The notes under the pieces: model-generated | Seen by the model: only the letters and a program-made list of their open reading frames with translations | What the model was told of the DNA's origin: nothing | The model's database searches: none | Position numbers and translations under genes: made by a program | Shown here: positions 52,017 through 64,000 of the stretch, one piece after another | Numbering within the stretch: the stretch's first letter is position 1 | How the letters are laid out: every line of letters begins with the position of its first letter | Assembly (NCBI GenBank): GCA_964188305.1 | Contig: OZ076886.1 | DNA from: Podarcis bocagei | Taxonomy: Eukaryota | Direction: 5' to 3' (one strand) | Length of the DNA: 64,000 nt

Positions 52017-52032
52017 TAAACTTGGCATGTAA

Positions 52033-52412
52033 AAAGGTAAAGGTAAAGGACCGCTGGATGGTCAAGTGCAGTCAAAGGCGACTATGGGGTTGCAGCGCTC
52101 ATCTTGCTTTTAGGCCACGGGAGCTGGTGTTTGTCCGCAGACAGCTTTCCGGGTTATGTGGCCAGCATGACGAAACCAGTTCTGGTGCAACGGAACACCA
52201 TGATGGAAACCAGAGTGCATGGAAACACTGTTTTCCTTCCCCCCACAGCAGTACCTATTTATCTATTTGCACTGGTGTGCTGCTGAACTGCTAGGTTGGC
52301 AGGAGCTGGGACAGAACAACGGGAGCTCACTCCATTGCGGGGATTCGAACCGCCGACCTTCCAATCGGCAAGCCCAAGAGGCACAGTGGTTTAGAGCACA
52401 GTGCCACCTGTG
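52033..52412 (-). mobile_element. Sauria SINE
   Basis: aaaggtaaaggtaaagg tail, B box ggttcgaatcc on minus, colinear with the other two copies. Confidence 0.9.
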
Positions 52413-54587
52413 TTTTGGGAACAACCCACTGTGTTTACCACCATTGGCCATTTGTACAAGCAGTGTAGTCTACTAAGACATGCTACTGGTAACCTTAAAG
52501 CACTCCTAGTGGAGTTCATACAGCTCTCTGACCTAAACACAATGGATTGAGTGCAGCTTGTAAAGCAGCAATGCTTGAAGATGGTAATCCTTAACTCCCA
52601 TCTCTTAGGCATCACGTTATAGCTCGCCAGGCTAGAAATGCATTTGGGTCAGACATGAGCCTATGGCTGGGCAATATCAGGGCTTTGCTTGTGGCTCCCT
52701 GGCCCTGCTCCAGGTACCTTTGGATATCAGCCTTCGTTTTCCTTCTATACCGCTATGGCCTCGACTTCTTGCTACCTAGCACTGTCTTTGTTCAAAATCC
52801 CTTTTAAATGGGCTTCCCAGGTTAGACGCTGGCCTGCAGTTGAAACTCTCTTGTCTCTCAGGACTTGTATTTCAGCTGTCCGCATACTTGGCTGCCTGTA
52901 TCCATTTATTGCAAGGGCTAACTTTTGCAGGGTTGTGTGCCTATTGTCTTTTTAGAATCCACTTCAAAAAATAAATAAATGGGGTGGTGGTGGTGCTTTT
53001 TGTTTTCTTTGCACAATGTACTCCATTTTATACACAACAAAGAAGGAACTTAGTGCAGTCTGGAGGACTTAAGAATCCACAAGCAGATGACTGTTTGGGT
53101 ACAAAAAATTAAAAGGGAGGGGGAGTTATACATTTATACACCTATCGGTCTCACCTTCAGAAATGCCTCCCAGCCCTTTAAACAAAATGCAGAATTGGAG
53201 CAAACCTGCTGAATAGTTTAAGTTAATTGAAAATTATAGGATTGACCCAAGAGGAAAATTTCGTTTGCACTCCAATCACTATTACAAATTAAGGAAAATT
53301 ACTACAATTTTGTTTAGCTATGGTTTCACACTGAGTTCACAAAATTAGCTCAGCTGCCCTGACAAAGTCAGCACTTTGTTAGTGATCAGTAGAAGGGGGG
53401 AGAAATAATAGACTGTGGTGTGTACAAACGAAGCATAGAAAAAGCCATGATGCTTTACAGAACTAGGCCAAGTGGTTTTAATTAGGATTATTAGTTCATT
53501 GTAAATTTTGAAGAATAATCAAACTAGCAGATTAGCTGTTTCTTTTAAAGCGAGAATTTCTTGCCATTCATTTTTCCCATGAGAACTTCTTTTAACTCCC
53601 ACATAGTTTACCCCCCCCCCACTTTTTTTTTTTTAACAAGTCTCATTATGGGCCTACAGGAAATGGACCAATTGGAAGTTCTGATCCTGCAACATTCCAC
53701 AGCAGCGTTCCAGTCGGTGGGAGTTTTTCCACAGTGTTTGTCGGTGAATTCAGTGTTCTGGAACGTTTTACAAAACCACAGAGGCCAAATGTTTTCTCAG
53801 AGGAGTTTGGCCTCTGTTTTTGGCTGAAAACAGTGAGGCATCACTTGGTGTTTATTTACCCTGAGATTGAGAATGAGAAAAGAGGACAGAGGAGGAAAGA
53901 AAAGAGGAAAGAGAATTGGGGGTTGTGGGCAGCGTAAAAGCCATTCAGGCGTACTTTCCTTTCTGGTGAAAATGCCCTATCCATTAATGGCCCCATTTTG
54001 TGGTTAGGTCTCATTTAGAAGAAATTATTTTTAATCAGTGTTCAACAAAATATCCCCTCAAGCCACCTGGCTGTAAACTTTTTTTTTAACTGTTAAGTGC
54101 TTAAATTCTCAGGGAAAAAAAGCCTAGTGGCCCATTAATTTTAAGTTATTTCCCCCCTCCCCTTCATTTAACTGCCAACAACTTAGAAATTTGATCTGTG
54201 AATTGCATGTTGCATCTATGAAGCAAGATCCTCGATGCAAGGAGAAATGTTATGTCTTAAAAATAATAATTCTTTTTTGTAAGTTCTGAGCTTCATTAAG
54301 AGAGGGAAACAGTTCCTTGATCCCACCCACCCCACCTCTTTCATTTCACACACAGTCTCTTGCAAAGCAAAACAATTCACATTTGGATGTTAAATATATT
54401 TAAATATAGAAAAAAAGAACTCGGATACTTTCAGTGTTCAGCAGTGCCTGTTTTTCAGTGAACTCTTAAAAGGGGCCAGCCTTAGCACAAAGCAACAATG
54501 TATTTAAAATTCACATAATTGTATAAAATGTAATGTTAGTCTCTTTTTTTTTACATTAAATTCCCCGTGAGGTTTACAGTGTGATAG

Positions 54588-54588
<1 letters not shown>

Positions 54589-54636
<48 letters not shown>
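54589..54636. repeat. (AC)n microsatellite
   Basis: Direct reading. Confidence 0.97.
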
Positions 54637-54638
<2 letters not shown>

Positions 54639-55980
54639 TCCTTGGAAGCACTTCAGAAGGATGTTTATGTTACAAACAGACTCATGAAACCTCCTGACAG
54701 GAATTGCTTTTCTGCATGGATTTTGACTGTCACAAAAGTCGCTGAAGAGAAGTAAAACTGTTTTCAACTAGAGCTGACAGAAATGCCTATGTCAGGCTGT
54801 CTTTACTGAAGGAAATGCAAGATGGTGTGTCTTGGAATCTGAATGACTGGGTGTGAGACAGTCCCATCTAGGGATGACTAGGAATAGGGCTAATGTCATT
54901 GGCCAAAAATGTTTTCTGTCAGCAGAGCTGACTTCCAATCAAATGCATTTATTTGGCTTAATTTTGGGTTTGTCTGAAACCTCCAGTGAATGCATACCTA
55001 AGTATGTATATATGCATTTAAATATCCCACCCTTTTATTTAAACTCTAAAGAGCTTAAAAATGCAATTATTCAATTCAATTATATTTTAAAATTCTTTAA
55101 AATATTTCCAACTGTTGGAGATTTTTTAAAATAGCATGAATCACCTCCTACCTGTGTCAGCTTTCAAATTCCATTCAGCAAATTAGGATTGATCTAGGCA
55201 CCTGGTATAAGCCTGCACAACATGTGACCAAATTGGTATGCATATCAATTTATTTTTGGGTGTACAAATCTCCAGTTTTTGCTGCTCTCCAGAGACTGCA
55301 ATGCTGGGCTGGGGTCATCCTAAACTACCTGGCAGTCCCTCAGTACATGGTTGCTAGACCTTGTACAATATATGATTTACGAAGCTTAACATACTCATTT
55401 AAATGTGATATATTCTTTCAGTAGCTTCTGGCATTAAAATATGACTCTATGTTACATTGACAATCCTATTCTAAAACAAAAATATACTGAGGAGATATTA
55501 AGCAAGACACTTCAAGTTCCTGTGGAATATAGAAAAATTCATTGCATGAGTGTTCATTTGTTCAAAATAGAACAGTACCCCACCTCAAAAAAGAATTTAA
55601 TGTTGCTTGTTTTCTGCCACTTTCTTATCTTCTGTAAATAGCATCCTGAGTGGAGCAAAGGTTTCTGCGTATCCGTCTTCTGATCTCCGTAGTCCTGCAC
55701 TCTTTTCAAAAGATCATGAAGCCAATCCTTTCACTGATTGGAATTACAAAATACCAAAATACTACATTCTGGATAAAAGCCACCTGGGTGTGGGTGTGAA
55801 GAGTTCTCTGTGTTCTAGTCCACACTGTGAATATTTCCCCCCGGGACTGAATTTGACATTTTGAATTTTGTTCATGAAAAAGTTTCCCATTTTCTTGAAA
55901 CTATATCTGGTTTCTTAATCATCCAAATACGTACAATAAAAAAAAAATGTTGGGCTTCTTTAAAAAAAGGAAAGGTAGTA

Positions 55981-56222
55981 CAGTGGTACCTCGGGTTACA
56001 AACACCTCGGGTTACAAACACTTCAGGTTACAGACTCCGCTAACCCGGAAGTAGTACCTCGGGTTAAGAACTTTACCTCAGGATGAGAACAGAAATCACA
56101 CACTGGGGGCACGGCGGCAGTGGGAGGCCCCATTAGCTAAAGTGGTACCTCAGGTTAAGAACGGTTTCAGGTTAAGAATGAACCTCTGGAATGAATTAAG
56201 TTCGTAACCAGAGGTACCACTG
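55981..56222. mobile_element. Tc1/mariner MITE
   Basis: TA|CAGTGGTACCTCGGGTTAC ... GTAACCAGAGGTACCACTG|TA. Confidence 0.9.
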
Positions 56223-57269
56223 TAAAAGCATTGCTTGTTGATTAGATTAAGTAGTAATAAGAGACACACTGGCTGTCATTAGTCTTGTATCAAACTACCA
56301 AAAACGCTTGGCTCCTTCCTTTGGTTAATCCATATTCCAATGTTTGACCAGAGAGCATCATGGAAACTTAGTTTAAGTGGAGTAACTGTAGCAAGCAGCC
56401 TCATCAGCTCTACAGTCTCCCACGCACCAGTAGTGGATGGTGTCGTGGGGTTGCAGACTTCCCTGACCTGCTGGCATGAGAGTTGCTGCTGCATACCAGC
56501 AGAAAGAGCTGTGCAATGCAAGTACCCTGACAGGAGCACCAGATTGGATATGCTGGTGTGTTCTCATTCCCCTTCCAACAACTCACCGCCTCTGTTCCAC
56601 AGTGCTATGTGCTACTGCCACCCACTTTCTTTTTCTTCATTCAGGCTTGAATAGTTAATAACAACTTTAGTAGCAGTTTGGTTTGGGGACAAGGAGTCAG
56701 TTTCACTGGAACAAGGGGAAATATTTCTTACTAGGAAATAGAACACAAAAGTCTCAAACTCTCATCCCCAAGGATAAGAAACAGGATACATTATGTCAGA
56801 GGTCAGTAAATATTTGGTGGAGGTTTTTTAATACATTCTTTTATATGTTCTTTGTTATTGAATGGTATAAGAGGATGAGGCCATGGCAGTCAAGGAGGTA
56901 ATTCTCCATCTTCTCAGGGCTTCTCTATCTTTTGTTCTGTTGCTCCTGTTGTGCATCAAATAAACATAAGCGAAGCAATTAGAATAAATTACACTGCGTA
57001 GATTTACACATTAAAAACTAAGATTGCTGCCGATTTTCAAAGTTCTAACAAGGATTAAAGGCAAACAAATGACTCTTAACAGCATAAAGTCTGCTAATCA
57101 GATGATGTACTCCAGTTGCATGTAACCACTTTTAAAATAATTGGGGAATTTTTGCTCTTTGTGATACAAGTAGAGAAGCCGAAGAGAAAAGAACAACACA
57201 CTGTGATCTAAACGCTACTTAAATGTTCCCAAACATTCCTGAGATTTTCTTCCTCCTTCTCTGTTCACA

Positions 57270-57353
57270 TGTAATCCTATATATATCTATTTAAAAGCAA
57301 GGCCTATATAAGTACAATAGGTTTGCTCCCAAGTAAGTGAGTATAGGATTGCA
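57270..57353. repeat. ~85-bp palindromic interspersed repeat (several degenerate copies)
   Basis: tgtaatcctata ... tataggattgca termini; related sequences near 2367-2509, 6985-7072, 16877-16958, 29412-29480 and 61536-61624. Confidence 0.6.
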
Positions 57354-57418
57354 GCCTCAGTCTCTTACAGATCAGACTGTGTCACTGTGCTGATAGGTCA
57401 TTGTCACCACTTACCACC

Positions 57419-57858
57419 CATCACATACCTACGGGACTGCCTCTTCTGGTATGCCCTGCAGAGGACCTTAAGGTCCACAAATGACAACACCTTGGAGGTC
57501 CCAAGTCACAAGGTGGTTAGATTGGTTTCAACTAGGACCAGGGCCTTTTCAGTACTGGCCCCGACTTGGTGGAATGCTCTGTCACAAGAGACTAGGGCCC
57601 TGCGGAATTTGACATCTTTTTGCAGAGCCTGGCCTTTGGTTTGGACTCAGTCTGACCCTTATGTTTCTCTTCCCTTATGGTTTTGATCCATGGGCTTCTA
57701 TTAAAATGAGGCTGCATTTAAAATTGTATTTTAACCCGTATTTTAAATTGGTCCCCCCCCATTATGTTTTTATTGTAATTTTACTGGTGTTAGCCGCCCT
57801 GAGCCTGGCTCTGGCCGGGGAGGGTGGGATATAAAAATTATGATGATGATGATGATGA
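57419..57858 (+). mobile_element. L2/CR1-group LINE 3' end
   Basis: YLRDCLFWYALQRTLRS...RAFSVLAPTWWNAL L2-type ORF2 C-terminus, 3' gccgccctgagcc stem-loop and (GAT)n tail. Confidence 0.75.
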
Positions 57859-59747
57859 TTCCCTGCATCTTCTGTTGGCTTCTCGGTGGTTTGTGTTGCA
57901 GTTAATTTGCTTGTTTGCTTATAATAACATTTATATCGGGGCTCACTCACTTGGGAAGTGGGAGCCTTCCCACCCTCCAGCTGAGCAGCGCAAACAAGCT
58001 GTGTTATCCCTGCCCACAATGCTCTAGGGTGAAAGTGCCTCAACTCCCAGGCTGGGGCCAATGCAGCTTGTTCCAACTTTGTAGTGTATCACCAGATCAC
58101 GATGTTTGGCTGGTGATACATTGCGGCGTTGAAAACCTAACATCACCAAGCCCTACCCAACATCTTGTAGGGGTGGTGCTTCAGATTCTTGACTATCATG
58201 TAATCAAGTCCAAATATTGCTTTAGCATGTCTACTACCTCATTTGAATTTGATGCAAAGGAGAGATATTGCTAGATGGGGTCATCAGCATATTGATAATG
58301 CCCAGTTCCAAAACCCAGGATGATCTCATTCAGCTGTTTCATGGAAACATCGGAAAGCATGAAGGACAATACAGATATGAAATCACTACAGCCAAGTAGG
58401 CAAACAGTCATCATGTGGAACCCAAACATAGTAAACCTGAAGGCAGATAGATGTAACTAATTTCATATAACTTTTTACAATGTAGTACAGTAGAGCTAAA
58501 ACCTGTACATAATACCGTGTCTGCAGAATTAATGCAATTACAGCTACAGTCACATTAAAATTTATAGTCAATGAAATATATTATTTTGCATACTTTACAC
58601 TTCCCAATAAATATGATCTTTTTCTCTCCGCACCGCCTGGTTGCCCAACAAAGCCTTATGCATCACAGGGTGCTCAGACTATTTAAAGCAACAATGTCCT
58701 CCTCCCCAATATTATAAAGTCTAGATGTGCCCAAGGCCTTATAATCTTGACTTTTCCCTGTCTGCTCTTAGTGAATAAGTGATAAATCCAGAAGAGACAT
58801 AAATCTTTGAAATCCCTGTCCAAAGAAAACATATTGACTACAGCCAAGCAAATAACAGCCCATAACCAATGGTCCAATTCATCATTTATGTAATAGGGGA
58901 TATAAAGTATTTTTTACCTATGAAATCATAAGGTGGGGGAGGGGGGAGGCTGATAAGAGCCCGGTCTAAGCTATGTGATTTGATTATTTAGGGACATGAA
59001 CTGTTTGTCACATACCTTTAATCTTTAAGATGTGTTGCCATTTCTAAACTATAAATTTGCACTAAAGGATTAGGAGAGTATTAACGATAAAGGGGTAAAC
59101 CAGACTTTATATGGCTTTCTGGCAATTTTCATGCAATCCCATGGACTCCTGGATCTTCTAACCTATTTAATGTGGCATAACCAGTTATCTGACCTTCATA
59201 GCCAATAACTCCCCCCTTTTTTTGCATTGCAGCTTCAACAATAAATTAACCCGCAGGGTCACTGAAATTTATCTTGCAAATCCTTTCCTTTATCCTTACC
59301 CATATGCTCTCATTTTCACACCCTTGCTTCCAAACTTTGCTCTGTTTGATTGGCCTTACTAGGATTTTATATTCTATTGTTATTTTACAACAGCTGCTGG
59401 TGTATTGTTACCCACTTTTTAAAAACGTGGCCTGATTCTCAAGGGATTTCCACTGAAACAAGCTTTGTTGTTTTAAGTGAGTCATGTATTGATGCTGCAT
59501 TTTGAGGTCTGAACAGCATGTGGTACAAGCAAAGGTTTAACATGTGAAATGATGAAAAAATAATAATCTTGTCCAGTTCTGAAGTTTGTTCTGGGATTTC
59601 AATAGGATTTTCTAGAAAGTTTATTTTAATTTGGACCTGCAAATACAATAATTTGCATACTGCTTAGAGAAGATGTATTCATCATGATTACCATAGATTA
59701 GTGATTCCCAGTTTAAAAAAGGTAGCATTTCTGTGATCAGTAGATGG

Positions 59748-59837
59748 CATAGCTGTCAACTTTTCCCATTTCTTAAGGCAAATTCCCTTATTTCGAATAG
59801 GATTCCTCGCAAGAAAAGGGAAAAGTTGACAGCTATG
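59748..59837. mobile_element. 90-bp hAT-type MITE
   Basis: Perfect 20-bp TIR catagctgtcaacttttccc / gggaaaagttgacagctatg; 8-bp TSD gtagatgg / ggagatgg. Confidence 0.88.
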
Positions 59838-62448
59838 GGAGATGGTAAAATCAATGCAACACAAGTTGGCACGTGAGAGTTCATTTTCAAGTCCAATTTA
59901 GGGTGAAAATATGGTTATCAGAAAGGGATCCTATGAGGGGAGTAGGTTTTCTGACCAAACAGTTTGGGAACCACTGCTTTAAATTAATCAGCCCTTAAAG
60001 CCAAAGTACTATAGCAGTGGCATTAAAAGAGCCAAATAAATATTACAAGGATTCCAATGAAGTTTAGATACCATTCAGTGTTGTAATACAAGGACTTCTG
60101 CTTGCCTAACAAAATTTCCCCTCTCTCACCTCTCCCCATGCACTCCTGTGCCCAATCAGCTCTGGAGGGTAGTGGGAACACTTGCAACAGATCTGGGAGA
60201 TGTATGGGATGAGGAGGGGAAGGGGAAATTCTGTTATGCCTCATGATAGTGGGACAGATTTGTTGGATGCAACCTCTAGGAAAGAATTTAACATCAAGCT
60301 ATGCCCAATGCATTTAAGCTTGGGGAGGAGGAGTGGGGGAAAGCCCCATAGTGGAAGCCCTTGAATCTCTCCCAAAGTCTCCACAGTGCTATGACATGTA
60401 CATGTCCTGCTTACATAGTAAAGGGCTTGTCTGTTTACTTGAATTACTGAGAACTTCGAGGTGGTGCTGATATTAGGTTGTGGGAAAGCCGTAGTTTGCA
60501 TCAAATGTCATTTCTACTCTGAGTAGACCCATCAAAATTAATGGATGTGACTAAACTAGGTCCATTAATTTTAATTGGATGCAGCCCTGTGTATCTATGC
60601 TTTCTGTCTTGATGTTACAGTAACCTTTGGAGGCAGACCTGTCAGTGTAACCAGGGTTTGGTGATTCAAGCATCATGCCAAATCATAATTGGATAAACCA
60701 TGGGGTTCACACCCTCCTCAAATAATGTCTGCTGGTTTTCAAACCATGATTCAGACATCACACTATTTCTCACTTGCACTCTGAGGTAGCTAGGGCTGAG
60801 AAAAACGTTTTGTTCTAGAGATGGGCTGATTTGTTTTTGCCCTAGCTTTTTTCCAGCAATTGGTGTGGGGACAGTTTTATTTTTTTTTATTTTTTATTTT
60901 AAAAAAGCCTTGTTGCATTTCTTGATGATCAAGAGATCAGGAGTGCAATATTTTCCAGAACTGAATAGAGGCTTAAACCACCCCTGAAACAGGGTTAGTT
61001 CTTTTCCTTCTTTCTTCTTTTTAGCAAGGTAGAACAGCTAAAAGTGTGAAAACACCATATATTTCTGTTATACTCCTTGTTGTCTCTCTTGCCCATCAAC
61101 AAGTTCAGCACAACCAACATAATCTTTCACTTTCTTCCGGTGAACATAAATTATGGTTAACCTCCAGGCGTCAGGAGCTGCCACTTTGAACTGCTTGTTC
61201 ATTTGCACCTGGATTTTGCACTGGTGGTTACCATCAGGAAACCTTGACTTCCAGCAGATGTAGGGTTAATTAAAGAATGCAAAAACACCTATTAATTCCC
61301 CCCCAATATATCTTTGTGGAACAGAAACTGAACAAGAAGAAACAATTGTCTGAAGACACTTCTGTTTGGTATTTGTATGTACATCTTTCTTCTTGTCAAA
61401 TTATAACTTGCATTTTAATTTAAAGAATAATTTCTAAAACAAGCCCTTCGGTGTCTGAATGCAGATTTGCAACTTTAAAAACAATCAGTAGTTTCTTTAT
61501 TGGAACTGGGCACCCATTTCTGTGGGTTTCCTAACTAAGGTGCAACCCTGTTACACGTATCTGGAAGAATGTGTCATTGAGAACTTTCTTCTAAATAAAA
61601 GTGTGTAGGGTTGAATTCTCTTAGCTACATAATACCAGACTAAGCACTTGATGAGCCAGGAATTAGCCCTGATCAGCCCATTTTTGGTCATGGAAAGTAT
61701 TCCAATAGCACCTGAACTTCATCACCATAAGAATTACTGTAGGCTTTAAGGACAAACTGACACTTGCAGCAAACTGTTATCTTGATAAGGTAGCATCTAT
61801 GTAATCTTCATCTTATCTATACTAAGGCACTGCCACAATGGCCAAGGCAGTGTCATATGCATTATAATGTTACAGGTACAGTACTGCAGCCATATTTTGT
61901 TTGTGCCTCTGCATCTGATTGTTTACAGTGTTTTGACAGCATAAAAAGGTCCTATGTTTTACAAACCAGGAAATGCTGGACTGTTTGTCCCAAATCTTGT
62001 TGCCAGCACCTGCAGTTTACATGTGGGTACCGATTACTGATTATTAAAAGATATGGGATTATTCTGAGATGCTTTTGCTCTCAGAATTCACTCAGAATTT
62101 GTTTGTTTTGCAGACAAAACAGAAAATGAGCAAATGCTAAAAACCAATCCTGCCACAGGTTTGCAGGATCAATGGGATAGCATCCTAGCCGGCTTGAGTC
62201 ATGACATTACCCTTTTTTTCTGCAGCAACTGGTAAACTGGATTTAATACTTTAAAAAACCCCACCCATGATTGCCAAGATTATCCTGGCAATTACTTATT
62301 TAATTCTATAGTGATATAACCCCACAGTTGATGCAGTCAAGCTGTTTGCCCTCTTTGGGCCTTGCAGTTAACCCGAGAACTTCAGCCCTTTCTTGAGGAT
62401 TGATAGCGCAAACAAAACAGCTTATTTGATGCTCAAGAAACAGGATGA

Positions 62449-62458
62449 TCCCCAGGGA
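62449..62458. promoter_or_regulatory. EBF consensus binding palindrome TCCCCAGGGA
   Basis: Exact match to TCCCNNGGGA; function untested. Confidence 0.3.
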
Positions 62459-64000
62459 CCATCCTATTGCCAGTTATTGGTGCTGTATAAAGAAACCCTT
62501 TAAGCTCCGATGTCAGCTCCCTTTGTAAATGCCCTTAACATGTATAAATGAAGGCAGCCCATAACGAGAATTCAGGGGAAAGCTCATGGATACTTTACAG
62601 AGCAAGGAGAAGCAGAGGTTCAAGGACAGGCGAGCATATTCACAGAGGCAGTACTCTTTATGCAGCATTCTCTAATGACTCCTCAAGCAAGCTGCCTCCC
62701 AGCAGCCTTTTTCTGGTTCATTTGCAGGGGCTGCTTGAAAGCTGTCCCTTGATAAGAGACTGAGAGTCTCAGGTGTGCTTCATTCCATGCAAGCAGCCTG
62801 GTTGAAAAGTGAATCCATATAATAAAACAGCTTGATTTCTACACTGAGATGCAGGCAGAGGCTAAAGTGATTGCACAGGAAAGTGATGTGGAGCCAAGCA
62901 GTTCATCACCCTGCAGCCTCTCTTATTTTAGCATCTGTCTGGCTGAGAGTTGAACTAGGGATAGGCACCAAGCGCTCTTAGAATGTGGTGCTCCTGGTTT
63001 TGCTGTTGCCCTCCCAATTTCTGAAAGATTTTTGCCCGCTTGTATTCTTTTGCCCCATTCTGAGTGCACTTGAATTATTACTTTAGAATTTTACTGGGGT
63101 TTTGAGCTTACCTTGTTGCTGTGAGGTAGTTGAGGATGGTGTATGTTCATTTATTTATAGTAAACATCTTTCCAGGACTCTGCAGCCTCCCCAGCTGCCT
63201 GGATTTCCTAGTCTGAAAAAGGCCCATGGAAGGAATTTTCTTGCATTAGCTTCCCTGGGCTTTAACTGAAGCGTGGCCTCCCGGGAAGGCTGCAGAGTGC
63301 AGACCACTGGGGAAATGATTTGTAGAATGAAAGAACAGACAAACACCCCAAGGTAATTTCAAGAGAACCCTGGCACCTCACACATGAAAATACCTCAACA
63401 TTTCTCTCTCCCATTTTTATAGCTTTTATGTGCAATTGCTTTTCATGCGGATTAATGGAGAATGTTTTTTTAAAAAATAACATACAGAATAATTCTTAAG
63501 CACAGCCCTATTTCTGCCCCCTTCTTCAGGTCCTTCCTCATACCCAAACCATTACGTATTTTTGAAGGTATAGACTCTCTGAGTTTGGAATCTTTAGAAT
63601 GGCTGCAGCCTGGAACTGTATTTAGAAGCATATTGCTTCCAACAGTCACGGTAGAGCATAGCAATTAAAGCATGGTTTGCAAGGAGCTGCCACACCAGAA
63701 TATCAAACCACAGTTTGTACTCACTGTGGCATGATGTCATGTCTCACTTACAAACCATTGACAAATTAAGGAAGTTGTTCTGTTTCAAGAAATTGCTTCA
63801 CTATTGAAATGGGATTAATCATACGAACTTGAGTGCTGAGCAGATGGAAACTGGAAGCAGCAAGGTGCTCAAAACCATGGCTTGTCTGCTCTGTGTCTGG
63901 CAACATAAACCATGGTGTAGATTCCTATATATGGCTAGCACAAAACATGTTTGGGCATGATGTTTGATTTAAGCCAACCACCTTTTGTGTGTGTGTGATA

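Overview
Eukaryotic (vertebrate) genomic DNA, most likely a squamate reptile. The repeat content (Sauria SINE, Squam3-like SINE, BovB, CR1, Penelope fragments) suggests a lacertid lizard; this is inference. The whole window lies inside the + strand EBF1 (early B-cell factor 1 / COE1 / Olf-1) gene. It holds four coding exons: 1718-1799, 14501-14642, 41845-41975 and 51037-51163, equivalent to human exons 7-10 (end of the COE DNA-binding domain and most of the IPT/TIG domain). They have canonical GT-AG junctions and compatible phases, and the last one is absent from the ORF track. An alternative donor (+/-24 nt) and a NAGNAG acceptor (+/-3 nt) both affect the DBD-IPT linker. The rest is intron: transposable elements, several nested with legible target-site duplications (TSDs), microsatellites, and repeat-free motif-dense blocks that look like conserved non-coding enhancers. 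The most notable observations are (1) an intact minimal hammerhead ribozyme motif in a Penelope-like fragment antisense to EBF1, (2) a TSD-flanked 32-nt U1 snRNA retro-fragment in sense orientation about 820 nt downstream of the exon-10 donor, and (3) a BovB inserted into a BovB whose truncation point coincides with its own insertion site. No prokaryotic-type system or CRISPR array is present. Nearly all other ORFs in the track are spurious or TE remnants.
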